A stretch of 61,010 bases of DNA from a virus (IMGVR_UViG_3300032111_000012:1-61010); one strand, 5' to 3'; shown: positions 37,779 through 47,036, counted from the stretch's first letter. The notes: generated by a model not told the origin, from the letters alone. Numbers and translations: made by a program.

Positions 37779-39323
37779 CTAAGCCACCTGCTTCCCGCCC
37801 AGTGCCTTCCCCATTGCCTTCTCAATCTCAACCTTGAAGGCATCACTTAAATCCTCAGCATCGCCCAGCCTAGCTGCCAGAACAGCATCCCGGATAATCC
37901 TCTCTCGCTCTCCTGGCTCCTCTTCATCCTCTCCCGCCCACCGCATCATCGTAGGAACGAAATCAACAAGGTAGCTGGCCGCTGCTTCCAGCGACATTAA
38001 GCGAGTTTCGACGGCCTTGGCGAATGCGTTAACCAGCTTCTCGATGACGGTAGCGATCTTCTCCTCATCCTTGGGTACGATCTCTTCCCAATCCAGCCAA
38101 GTGTTGTAGGTCTGGATGGTATTGCGCCCATTGGCCTTCTCCCACATTGCCAGCAGCATCCGGGCCATCATCAGGTATGACTCCTCGAACATCGACCGCT
38201 TCCGCTTGATCTTCCTGATCAGGGGAATCATCTGCTCAGACACGCTGGCCTTACTGCTACTGACTGCCGTGCCGAATACGAACTCAGGCGTGCCCGACAC
38301 ATCCACAATGCACCAGTAGATGAACTTCAACAAGACATCGGCCCCGCCCAAAGGAGAGGACACCGACAGGTACTCCACATCCTCATCGTCATGAACAAAG
38401 ATCACGTCCCGATTATCGAAAGAGATCTTGACCTCTTCCCCTGGGGCGATAGCATCAATGTCCACTCCGAAGTTACGGAGAATGAAGTCCTTGTAGTCCG
38501 ACACCTTGAACTTGACCTTGGGCGTGCTGTGCATCTTGCTGCCGGAAATCGCCTGGAGAAGGACATCATGATACGCCTTCATCAGCGGCTCAACCGGCTC
38601 CAGATCCGAACGGCCCCAGACCTCATTATCCTCAGCCTCATTCTTGAAATGGATGATCGGGATAAAGCCCCACTTGTTCGGCTCTTCGATGTTCTTCAGG
38701 CCTAAATCAGGCGGCAGATCACCCGCATATGTCTTGATGATCTTGTCCTTCTCGATCTTCTCAGTAATCGTGTACTTGTTCCTGTCATTCTCGCCCCAAG
38801 TACAGGTGTACTGGAGAAGATACGCCTGCACACGCCCTGTCTCTGGATCTGTCTCGATCCTCTTCACTCTCTCCGGCGGGATCGGAATCAGGTCAATACC
38901 GAACCCTTTTTCCTTGTTCTTATAGAGGACGTCATCCTCATCCCTGACCGCCAACCGGAAGAACTGGTCACCATCCCGAAAAGCGTTGCGATGTCCCCTC
39001 ACTAAGACACTGCTCCACCTGTCGAAATGCTCATCCAATACAGGCTGCGCTTCCCTGTCTGCCGACTTGACTGAAGGCACCCCCATAAACCCGACGCAAG
39101 TATCAATAACCGGGCGGGCGAAGTGCGCCCCCAGCTTGTAATCCTTGTGAATGTTCCGGTAGATCTTCCGGGCCAACTCATAATCCATCCGGTCTGTTGA
39201 ATTGAGGGCGTAAACATTGTTACTTGAGCCAATACTGACCCCGGTTTTAGCCACCAACTTTGATATTTCTCCAATGGCTCTGCTGGCTCTGCGAACCCAA
39301 TAGCCTACTGATCTGCGTTGCAT
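37779..39323 (-). CDS. Portal protein (SPP1 gp6-like)
   Basis: WGFIPIIHFKN...GRSDLE; follows TerL. Confidence 0.9.
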   Translation of the reverse strand: MQRRSVGYWVRRASRAIGEISKLVAKTGVSIGSSNNVYALNSTDRMDYELARKIYRNIHKDYKLGAHFARPVIDTCVGFMGVPSVKSADREAQPVLDEHFDRWSSVLVRGHRNAFRDGDQFFRLAVRDEDDVLYKNKEKGFGIDLIPIPPERVKRIETDPETGRVQAYLLQYTCTWGENDRNKYTITEKIEKDKIIKTYAGDLPPDLGLKNIEEPNKWGFIPIIHFKNEAEDNEVWGRSDLEPVEPLMKAYHDVLLQAISGSKMHSTPKVKFKVSDYKDFILRNFGVDIDAIAPGEEVKISFDNRDVIFVHDDEDVEYLSVSSPLGGADVLLKFIYWCIVDVSGTPEFVFGTAVSSSKASVSEQMIPLIRKIKRKRSMFEESYLMMARMLLAMWEKANGRNTIQTYNTWLDWEEIVPKDEEKIATVIEKLVNAFAKAVETRLMSLEAAASYLVDFVPTMMRWAGEDEEEPGERERIIRDAVLAARLGDAEDLSDAFKVEIEKAMGKALGGKQVA

Positions 39324-39352
39324 TCATGATCACACCCCTCACCCAACGGAAC

Positions 39353-39490
39353 TCAACGGAAGAATCGCTTGGCAGGATAGATCTGAAAAATGAAGACTTC
39401 CCCGATCTTGATGGTCAGCCCGTGCCAGGCAATGACCCCGATCACTAACGCTTTGACCACCCACTCTGTTAACTCTCGCCACTCCACCAT
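39353..39490 (-). CDS. Small membrane peptide (45 aa)
   Basis: MVEWRELTEWVVKALVIGVIAWHG...; fills the TerL-portal gap. Confidence 0.45.
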   Translation of the reverse strand: MVEWRELTEWVVKALVIGVIAWHGLTIKIGEVFIFQIYPAKRFFR

Positions 39491-39510
39491 ACTCCACCAT
39501 CCCTGGCCCA

Positions 39511-40872
39511 CTAATAAAACCTGACGCCCGACAGCACCCTGGCCGTCTGCTTAGTCACTCTCTCCACCGCAAGCAGGTTAACCACCAGATGCCGTAAAGC
39601 ATCCATCGAATGGTCAAACTTCTTGATCGGCTTCTCTGCCGGGTTGGTCTTGTCCCGGCCCTCCGGGTACCGGTACGAATTGAACTCCATAATGGTATTC
39701 CGGCACCTGCGCCTATCAACAAGAAGGCCAGGGCTGCCATCATCCCTGACCTTCAACACTCTACGCACCTGCTCCAAGCCATCTGTTACTTCGTGCGGCT
39801 TGGCCTTGGTCGGGATACCGACCAGGGCCAGATCCTTCCTCTCTCCCGGCCCCTCTGGATCAGCAAAAGCATCGGTGATCCTGCCGTATCCCCTCTCCTT
39901 GTGGTAAGCGGCCACAGCCTCAGCGTTCTCCTTCGATGTTCGGCCCGTCTCATAATACTCATCAATGATATGCACCCGATCCATCGGATCAATCTGCACC
40001 CAGAGACACACATAAGGATTCGTGAAGCCGAAGTCGAAGCAACAATACAAAGGCCAGTTGGGATTATACTCCAAGAAGTCAGTGTGCGACTCTTCCAAAA
40101 AGTCCCCATACACACGTCCGCTGAAGGTCTGGAACCTGGCCTCATACTCCTGGAGGAAGTATTCCCTGGAATACCTTGACCGGGCCTTCTCAATCTCTTT
40201 CTCAGGCGTGATCCCTGCATACTTGGTCGTGTAATGGATCACCGCAAACTCTGGATCACCCTGCAGAGCTGCTTGATAGACATCATCATGAAGCCAGTTC
40301 ATTCCCTTAGGTGTCCCGGTCATCCACCCGATACCACCCAAACGTCTGGCACGTGCCTCAAGGTTAATGTAAGACTCCCTCTTCAGCAATGCAGGCTCAT
40401 CCAGCCAAAACCAATGGATATTACCCGCCCGAAGGCTGTCGGGATCACTGGCGGACTTGAACTCGATCAGGCTGCCCCCTGGGAGATGTAGCTCCTTTTG
40501 GGTTTCCTTCCACGATAGCTTAAGCTGAGGCGGCAGCCACTTGAAGAACTCCCACATTGCCGTCTTAAGCAATGGGTAATCCCTTGCCACGATCCAGCCG
40601 TGGTTCGGCCACGGGATCCCAAACCTGGCACACCACGTTGGATCGGTTGCCATCCATATCGCTTCATTGGCTCCTGCCCCTGTTTTGCCAGAGCCGATTC
40701 CAGCCAAAGCCAGCCGGAACTTGGCACGCGATAAATGGAAATGATACTGGCCTGGGTTAGGGTTATATTCAATGCGATGGACGCTCCGGCCCGGCTTCCC
40801 CTGCCCCGCCCAAAATTGTAACGTTCCCGGTTTGACGTTGACCTTCCTGAACCTGACTAGCGGTGCAACCAT
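39511..40872 (-). CDS. terL: Terminase large subunit
   Basis: GIGSGKT, WLDE, TGTPKG, DFGFTNP, DHSMDALR. Confidence 0.95.
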   Translation of the reverse strand: MVAPLVRFRKVNVKPGTLQFWAGQGKPGRSVHRIEYNPNPGQYHFHLSRAKFRLALAGIGSGKTGAGANEAIWMATDPTWCARFGIPWPNHGWIVARDYPLLKTAMWEFFKWLPPQLKLSWKETQKELHLPGGSLIEFKSASDPDSLRAGNIHWFWLDEPALLKRESYINLEARARRLGGIGWMTGTPKGMNWLHDDVYQAALQGDPEFAVIHYTTKYAGITPEKEIEKARSRYSREYFLQEYEARFQTFSGRVYGDFLEESHTDFLEYNPNWPLYCCFDFGFTNPYVCLWVQIDPMDRVHIIDEYYETGRTSKENAEAVAAYHKERGYGRITDAFADPEGPGERKDLALVGIPTKAKPHEVTDGLEQVRRVLKVRDDGSPGLLVDRRRCRNTIMEFNSYRYPEGRDKTNPAEKPIKKFDHSMDALRHLVVNLLAVERVTKQTARVLSGVRFY

Positions 40873-41335
40873 CCTGCGGATGCCACCTCTCAATGACGAT
40901 ACGCTCAGACGGGTTGCCCTGGTCAGCCACCGGCAGGAATCCCAGAGACTGAATCACTGCCACCCAAGCACTCCTGGCCTGTACCCTGGCCTTCAATGCC
41001 CCCAGCTTGATGTTGGGGTGATTGTTGCTATTGATAAGGGCCGACAACTCCCGGATATCTTCGTCGTACCCCGCTGCGATCTCAGCAAGCAGAGTCTCCG
41101 GGCCTGCGCTCATCATCTCCTTCCCTTGCCTCTTGGCAACGGACTTGAGAATGTCGCGGATCTGCCTCTCCGAAAGACCATACGCTACAGCCAAATCCGG
41201 AATGGCATACCCTTTTGCCCGGAGGCGCTGGATCTCTCGGTCGCGTGCATCACGTTCATCCCGAGACATCCCAGGCACCGGCCCCCTTCTCCCCTGCCCC
41301 GCCTGCTGCTTACTGCTTTTGCCCACTCGAATCAC
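40769..41335 (-). CDS. terS: Terminase small subunit (HTH)
   Basis: N-terminal HTH (LAVAYGLSERQIRD); directly upstream of TerL. Confidence 0.7.
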   Translation of the reverse strand: MIRVGKSSKQQAGQGRRGPVPGMSRDERDARDREIQRLRAKGYAIPDLAVAYGLSERQIRDILKSVAKRQGKEMMSAGPETLLAEIAAGYDEDIRELSALINSNNHPNIKLGALKARVQARSAWVAVIQSLGFLPVADQGNPSERIVIERWHPQDGCTASQVQEGQRQTGNVTILGGAGEAGPERPSH

Positions 41336-41374
41336 CTTTACCTCTTGCTTATCGACTCCCCCAGTTAGAGAAGT

Positions 41375-42139
41375 CTAATTCTCAACACTCTCTGGCGGCA
41401 GCGAACGCAAAGCCACACGTTCCAAGGCTTCTGCTAGGTTCTTGTCCGGCAAATCATCAGCCTCACTGACAAGCCAATCTCTTACCGTCTGCACTTGCTT
41501 CGGGAACAGGATCACCATCTCTTTGCCCGTCTCCCGATCCAGAATGATGAAATACCCTCTCTGGATGGAACCGTTACCCTCGATCAGAGCCGCCCGGAGC
41601 AGCTTGTTGACCTTCTCCTGAAGCCGCATCTCCTGGGCCAGTTCCTTCTTCTCCTGCTCGGCCTGGGCGGTCTCGCCAGCAACACTCTTCACCGCCGCAT
41701 CGATCCGCTTATCCAAGCCCCCGATCTCGGCCACCAACGCTTCCCGATCCCTAGCCTGCATAATCTCCGCCACATTCTCCTTCAACCGATCCAGATCCCA
41801 ATCACCCTTCAATGAATTCATCAACAGGGTAAGTTCGATCATCTGGTGTTTCGGGAGATCCTGCTGGATGACCACTGCCGGGATCTCTGTCAACGAAGCG
41901 TCCTTGGCGGCCATCACCCGATGCTCACCGTCAATACACAGAAAACGGCTCCCCTGCTCACGCAAGAGAACCGCTGACAGCATCCCTTTCTTCTTGATCT
42001 GCTCCACCAGCCGCCTATATCTGGCGGCAGGCATCTTGTTAGCATTCCACTGATTGTAATCGATCAAGTCCACCGGCACCATCTGGATCTTCACCGGTAC
42101 CGGCGACGAGGCCGCTGCTTGCCCCTGCTTGCCCATCAT
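41375..42139 (-). CDS. ParB/Srx N-terminal domain protein
   Basis: WNANKM, IDGEHRV, MNSLKG. Confidence 0.85.
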   Translation of the reverse strand: MMGKQGQAAASSPVPVKIQMVPVDLIDYNQWNANKMPAARYRRLVEQIKKKGMLSAVLLREQGSRFLCIDGEHRVMAAKDASLTEIPAVVIQQDLPKHQMIELTLLMNSLKGDWDLDRLKENVAEIMQARDREALVAEIGGLDKRIDAAVKSVAGETAQAEQEKKELAQEMRLQEKVNKLLRAALIEGNGSIQRGYFIILDRETGKEMVILFPKQVQTVRDWLVSEADDLPDKNLAEALERVALRSLPPESVEN

Positions 42140-43544
42140 ATCCCCCCGGACTATATGTTGCCTCATCCCTGGTGTAGTCGTCCTTCCAGCCGCCTTTCAG
42201 CAAGGCCTGCCTCGTCTTAACCGGATGCCCCTGCGGTGGATCACTCAAGCCGTGACCATAAAGCCTTTTGACCTCCCTTTCCAGGTCAACCTTGGTAAAC
42301 GGCCCGATTTTCTCATAGAGGTACTTGGCGACCTCCAAGATCTTATGCTCCCGATCCGGGCTTGGCCTGCACCTGAGCCAATTCCGCTGCACCAAGCCCT
42401 CAGTCTTGGCCCGCCAGATCCCGGCGATCACCGGGAGATCAAACCTCTCCGACACATACTGCCGCAGCCTGCGCCCGACAACCCTGGCCTCATCCCGATG
42501 CTCCATAAAATGCTTCAGGTACGCAAGGCACTGGTCGTTATCCTCGAAATGCCACTCATAATCCGGCCCGACCATAAAAGGAAACACGAGTTCCTTCCGA
42601 CACAAGAACGGCATCTCCAACATCATACAGTCCAAATACGACCGTCCGAACGCATCCCACCGAGAATGGCTTACCAAGACGTGGCAGCGACTGAGATCCC
42701 GAAGGTACTGCTCCCGCGACACCCCGCCCTTATTTACGGCATAAGGCCGCCCCCCAACCCTGTACCCCCTGCCTGACGTATCCCAGATCCAGACCTCGAA
42801 CTCATACCCCAGCATCCAAAGCCGGTCGTAAACCTCGAACGTTTCTCGGACACCCTTCTGTTCAATCAGCTTATGGTTGAGGGCGATGGTAAACTTTTCA
42901 TTCTTCTCAATGGGGAACGCATATTCCTCAACCATAATGGGCTGTCCGGTCGGCATGCTCTTTCTCTGAATCTCCCCCAAAGCCTTCTGATTCAAAATGG
43001 TGGAGAAGATAGCAAGGGAATGTTCCATAATCCACGGACACTCCCACAAGATCTCATCACTGGCGAAGAACCCGATAGCTTGTCCCAACACCGTGGTCGG
43101 GATAAAATCATTCTTGTGTCTCTCTTCCCTCAGCCCATTGAAACATGTCGTAACCACCGGAGCCAACCCCTGGCCCCCGGAGACATCTGGATACCCGTGC
43201 CGCAACAAAGCCTTCCACGCTGGAACCAACTCCGGGACAAAGAACCATGCACAATCGACATCGACCGACCGCAAGCAAGGCCGAAACCGGTCCAAGCCCT
43301 CGAAATCAAGCTGCCAATTGTTGAGGTTCCGGTTGGTGCCATAATACCTTTGCGGCACCACCGTCACATTCGGCATCTCCTGGAGAACCTTCAAAGCTCT
43401 CTCCAGCCTGGGCCACTCAATCGGCATTCCAAAATAAAACCGCCAATCCGGGAAAGCCCGCATCAGGCTCACAGGAATAGTAAACCCGGAATCCCCTGCG
43501 AGGTTCCGGGTGTTCGAAAGCATCGGGTGAACGTAAATTCTCAT
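42039..43544 (-). CDS. GT-B fold glycosyltransferase (GT4-like)
   Basis: NHKLIEQKG, SREQYLRDL, SHSRWDAFGRSYLDCM, ERFD. Confidence 0.85.
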   Translation of the reverse strand: MRIYVHPMLSNTRNLAGDSGFTIPVSLMRAFPDWRFYFGMPIEWPRLERALKVLQEMPNVTVVPQRYYGTNRNLNNWQLDFEGLDRFRPCLRSVDVDCAWFFVPELVPAWKALLRHGYPDVSGGQGLAPVVTTCFNGLREERHKNDFIPTTVLGQAIGFFASDEILWECPWIMEHSLAIFSTILNQKALGEIQRKSMPTGQPIMVEEYAFPIEKNEKFTIALNHKLIEQKGVRETFEVYDRLWMLGYEFEVWIWDTSGRGYRVGGRPYAVNKGGVSREQYLRDLSRCHVLVSHSRWDAFGRSYLDCMMLEMPFLCRKELVFPFMVGPDYEWHFEDNDQCLAYLKHFMEHRDEARVVGRRLRQYVSERFDLPVIAGIWRAKTEGLVQRNWLRCRPSPDREHKILEVAKYLYEKIGPFTKVDLEREVKRLYGHGLSDPPQGHPVKTRQALLKGGWKDDYTRDEATYSPGGYDGQAGASSGLVAGTGEDPDGAGGLDRLQSVEC

Positions 43545-43568
43545 CTGGGACTCTCACCCCACAGTAAT

Positions 43569-43612
43569 ATTATACCACTACAAAAACCCCGTTTTGTGCA
43601 GTCTTTGTGCAG
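43569..43612 (-). promoter_or_regulatory. Late promoter: extended -10 plus 2x CTGCACAAA direct repeat (candidate RinA/ArpU-type activator site)
   Basis: TGGTATAAT at 43577-43569; repeats 43593-43601 and 43604-43612 (11-bp period) replace a -35. Confidence 0.7.
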
Positions 43613-43615
43613 GTT

Positions 43616-43906
43616 TTACTGTTTGCTGCCAGAGATCCTGGTTACATCTTTACCTAACAATCGGTCGAGGGCAGCTCGAAGCTTTTCAAGCGGCTCAAGC
43701 CATTCTCCGAAACGCCCACCTGCAAGTAAATCCGACCACGGCGCAAGATCACCGTTTAGGTGTAGCCCGTAGACACCCTGAGAATTGGCAATCAACTCGT
43801 CAACACTGGTGAGGACTTCTTGTGCCGCCACCACCACTCGTTCCAGAACACAATACCCACTCCCGCTCTCATTTTGGGTTACGGGTTTCTGTTTGTACTT
43901 TTCCAT
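43616..43906 (-). CDS. Hypothetical phage protein
   Basis: SQGVYGLHLNGDLAPWSDL; SD present. Confidence 0.7.
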   Translation of the reverse strand: MEKYKQKPVTQNESGSGYCVLERVVVAAQEVLTSVDELIANSQGVYGLHLNGDLAPWSDLLAGGRFGEWLEPLEKLRAALDRLLGKDVTRISGSKQ

Positions 43907-43934
43907 CAGGGTGCCCCTCCTTAAAAGTTAATCA

Positions 43935-44056
43935 GGCTGGGGGCCGGATTCGAACCGGCTTCCTGCAGGTGCGCCTCTGTGATTGTGCCTGCAGGCGGAG
44001 CTTCCATGTGCGCTTGTTCCCGCACCTCCCGCGTGTCCCACCACGCCGCCCCAGCC
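43935..44056 (-). ncRNA. tRNA-like RNA with non-canonical anticodon and long variable arms
   Basis: Acceptor GCTGGGG/CCCCAGC, D-arm GCGT-GGTGGGAC-ACGC, T-arm GCCGG-TTCGAAT-CCGGC. Confidence 0.7.
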
Positions 44057-44086
44057 CCATACTTACTATCACGCTACCGTTCAGTC

Positions 44087-44380
44087 CTATCTCAAACTTT
44101 TCTTTGTAGGGCACCACCTGCGATTGGGATGTCTAACCACATTGGTCATACCATCAGTCCGCGATCCCTTCTTCCCCATGCGACGCAGTACTTGCTCGTG
44201 CTTTGCATCGGCCATTTTGGTGCTAATTGCGTTTGTAACTTGCGCCCACAGCTTTCGTGTCTCACCTATTGGCAACTGGCAGGCAACTTCATCCGGCGGC
44301 AACGTATTTCTTAGTGCCTGCAATTCTTCCAGGGTAAGCAAGAGCAGCGCCTCATATTTGGTTAACGCCATGTTTATCAT
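44087..44380 (-). CDS. Hypothetical protein
   Basis: 97 aa with SD. Confidence 0.55.
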   Translation of the reverse strand: MINMALTKYEALLLLTLEELQALRNTLPPDEVACQLPIGETRKLWAQVTNAISTKMADAKHEQVLRRMGKKGSRTDGMTNVVRHPNRRWCPTKKSLR

Positions 44381-44414
44381 TCCCTATCCGTACCTCCTCG
44401 ATGGTCATATAAAT

Positions 44415-44489
44415 TGGTGGGGGCGGTTTAGGGCCTGCACTTAGCCCAAGCGCCCATATGGTGCACGTGCCGCACGCGCCTCCGCCCCC
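44415..44489 (-). ncRNA. 75-nt degenerate tRNA-like element ending ACCA
   Basis: GGGGGCGG...CCGCCCCC-ACCA with internal hairpins. Confidence 0.45.
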
Positions 44490-44497
44490 ACATTTAC

Positions 44498-44591
44498 TGC
44501 TGCGCCGCCGATAAGCCCCGCCGGCGGGTCCAGCGGGGCCACCTCGCCGACATTCTAGACAGCCCGCCCTTCCATCCCGCGCGGCGCAGCA
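44498..44591 (-). ncRNA. Structured element closed by 11-bp stem
   Basis: TGCTGCGCCGC/GCGGCGCAGCA plus internal GCCCCGC/GCGGGGC. Confidence 0.35.
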
Positions 44592-44613
44592 TTATTACTT
44601 TTAACCCACTTGC

Positions 44614-45102
44614 TCACCCTTGCTCACCCGTCCAGTAATTGACCCGGCTAGGGAACACGTCTACGTGGCAGCTCATTGCGCCAGCGAGACCACGTCCGCC
44701 GTTCCCGCTAATTTTCGCCCATGCCGGGCGTAGTACGGTTTCAAGCTTATAGCCCCTTTTGGCCAGGGTTTTCTCCGAAACGTAAGGGTTAACCCATTCC
44801 TCTGTTCCGTCCGGGCGCTTTACCAGGTACCTGGAGCCGTACCGGGTGAAAACCAGCCTGGCATTTGTAGGCGTGCCGTCGAGGTAAACCAGTTCGTCAA
44901 ACTCGGCTACTCCCCCGTTCCGGAGGATTTCGACCTTAGTCTCCAGCAGTTGCTGGCTAAGCCCTCCGGCCCATGTGCTAACGAAACAATCGCTCAACTC
45001 TACGTCGCCATTGACCACCCGGTTGAACCGGTCGTCGTTCCGCGCCTTTAGCTCCTGGAGTTCCTGTTCCAGGGCCACCAATAGCTCCTGGCCATACTTC
45101 AT
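44614..45102 (-). CDS. Hypothetical protein
   Basis: 162 aa, SD GAGGAGAGG, first gene after operator pair 45172/45204. Confidence 0.8.
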   Translation of the reverse strand: MKYGQELLVALEQELQELKARNDDRFNRVVNGDVELSDCFVSTWAGGLSQQLLETKVEILRNGGVAEFDELVYLDGTPTNARLVFTRYGSRYLVKRPDGTEEWVNPYVSEKTLAKRGYKLETVLRPAWAKISGNGGRGLAGAMSCHVDVFPSRVNYWTGEQG

Positions 45103-45171
45103 AGCTACCTCTCCTCTCCGTCCGTATTGCCTTTAAATATCGCTTCCGGTTTCATCCCTACATCTACGTTA

Positions 45172-45217
45172 TCACCATATGGTGAATTAGTAAAGCGTTA
45201 AATTCACCTATTGGTGA
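45172..45217. promoter_or_regulatory. Operator pair (45172-45185, 45204-45217) with leftward promoter
   Basis: Minus strand TTTACT-AATTCACCATATGGTGA-TAACGT. Confidence 0.75.
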
Positions 45218-45439
45218 TTATTCTCCAACTGCTGCGCTACGGTTCGATGCAGGCAGCGTTGCCTGGATTCCCTGCTGCTCTCTCTCCCATTTGATCAATC
45301 TCTGGAACATCCCCAGAAACAAATCCCGAATATCAGCGAATGGCAAGCACGGGCAGATCCGAACCTCATCCGTGGGTGGGAAAGGCTGCCGCCACTCTTT
45401 GCCATTAACCTTGATCTCCCTGGCCTCTGTAGCCCGCAT
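45218..45439 (-). CDS. Hypothetical protein
   Basis: ATG 2 nt after galE stop. Confidence 0.5.
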   Translation of the reverse strand: MRATEAREIKVNGKEWRQPFPPTDEVRICPCLPFADIRDLFLGMFQRLIKWEREQQGIQATLPASNRSAAVGE

Positions 45440-45441
45440 TG

Positions 45442-46440
45442 TCAGAATTCCCCGTACCCCTCCAGGTGGCGCACATGCCATTCCCAGGCCGTGCGGATGA
45501 TGGTCTCCAGGTCCCCGTAGCGCGGCGCCCAGCCCAGTTGCCGCTGGATCTTATGCGAACCGGCGACCAGCGCGGTCGGATCGCCCTCTCTCCGAAAACC
45601 TGTTTCTACCGGTATGTCGCAGCCGGTCACTCTCCGGGCCGTATCGATTACCTCCCGTACCGAGTGCCCCCGCTCGTTGCCCAGGTTATATGCCCCCGAA
45701 GGATGACCGCCATCCAGGGCACGCAGGGCCAGAACATGCGCCTCGGCCAGATCCGAGACGTGAACGTAATCCCGGATACAGGTTCCGTCCGGCGTGGGGT
45801 AGTCCGTACCAAAAATGGTGATCCCCGGTTGCAATCCCAAGGCTGCCTGCAACACCAGGGGGATGAGATGGGTTTCCGGCCTGTGGTCCTCGCCGAGATC
45901 CCCTGCCGGATCGGCACCGGCGGCATTGAAATACCGGAGCGCGATGTACTTCAGGCCGTAAGCGGCGCCATACCAGCGCAGCGCCTCTTCAAAGGCCAGC
46001 TTGGTCGCCCCGTATGGGTTGGTGGGGGTAAGGGGATGGTCTTCCTCGATAGGTACCCGCACCGGCTCGCCGTAAACTGCGGCGGTCGAAGAAAAGATAA
46101 AATACGGGACACCCGCTTCCTGCACCGCTTCCAGCAGCGCCAGCCCCTTTACCACGTTGTTCCGGTAATAAAGCGCCGGGTCAGCCACCGACTCTCCCAC
46201 CAGGCTCAACGCCGCAAAGTGGAGTACTGCCCGGACGCCGCAGGAGCGCAGTAGCCCGCCTACCAGCTCCCGATCCGCAATGTCTCCCCAGACAAACTCT
46301 GCCCCCTCAAGCACCTGCGCTACTCCCCGGTGCCCCCGGGAGAGGTTGTCCAGCACCGTCACCTTATAACCCGCCTGAAGGAGTTCTTTCACAGTGTGAC
46401 TGCCGATATAGCCCGCCCCGCCGGTAACAAAAACGTGCAT
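45442..46440 (-). CDS. galE: UDP-glucose 4-epimerase
   Basis: GGAGYIG, HFAA, SSTAAVYG, YGATK, LRYFN, DGTCIRDYVHV all intact. Confidence 0.97.
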   Translation of the reverse strand: MHVFVTGGAGYIGSHTVKELLQAGYKVTVLDNLSRGHRGVAQVLEGAEFVWGDIADRELVGGLLRSCGVRAVLHFAALSLVGESVADPALYYRNNVVKGLALLEAVQEAGVPYFIFSSTAAVYGEPVRVPIEEDHPLTPTNPYGATKLAFEEALRWYGAAYGLKYIALRYFNAAGADPAGDLGEDHRPETHLIPLVLQAALGLQPGITIFGTDYPTPDGTCIRDYVHVSDLAEAHVLALRALDGGHPSGAYNLGNERGHSVREVIDTARRVTGCDIPVETGFRREGDPTALVAGSHKIQRQLGWAPRYGDLETIIRTAWEWHVRHLEGYGEF

Positions 46441-46454
46441 AAAAAGCCTCCTCT

Positions 46455-46680
46455 ACGCCTGCAGGTTTTTGCTTTTTAGAAAAGAAAAAGGCCAAAACCA
46501 CAAACCCCGCCAAATCCACCAGTACATCCACCGCCCGGCCTGTGCGACCAGAAACAGATGCCTGGTGCCACTCATCCAGGGCCCACGAGAACCAGCAGCA
46601 TCGTGCAAGAGAGTCAGAAGTTCAATCCTTGGCCCCAGGTTCCGTCTCCGAGCTAATAAGGCACACAGGATGGAATGTTG
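46455..46680 (-). pseudogene. VanZ-like membrane protein fragment
   Basis: Frame reading ALDEWHQASVSGRTGRAVDVLVDLAG; lacks N-terminus, frameshifted. Confidence 0.7.
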
Positions 46681-46682
46681 GC

Positions 46683-46877
46683 CGATAAGAGAGCGTTCGG
46701 GACCCACAGGTAAAGGTGACTTTGCTCACGAGCAATTGATTGAACCGGTAAGGCCATAATCTCATCAAAAGTCATTGTTTGATATCGATAAAGCCGTTGA
46801 TGCTCCGGGGCGACCTTCCCAGTTCAATTGTTAAACTGCCACGAAGGATCAGCCAGAATCGTCGAATACTTTTTCAC
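46683..46877 (-). pseudogene. MT-A70-family adenine methyltransferase N-terminal remnant
   Basis: KKYSTILADPSWQFNN*TGKVAPEHQRLYRYQTMTFDEIMALPV...HLYLWVPNALL; DPPW altered to DPSW, TGA at 46826-46824, truncated. Confidence 0.8.
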
Positions 46878-47036
46878 CCACAGAATCCAAGAAAATCACG
46901 ACCTCACCCCCAGACTAAAGCGCAAGGCATCTGGAAACCAGATGCCCGATCGCTACCCCACCCGCAAACCAGGCCACATAGCTCCAGATCCTACGCGCTT
47001 TCTGCCTTCTCCGTCTTTCCGCCTGGATCTCCCTTT

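Noticed and set aside
43935-44056. Canonical tRNA gene
   Set aside because: No 5-bp stem/7-nt anticodon loop and no U8; reported as tRNA-like instead
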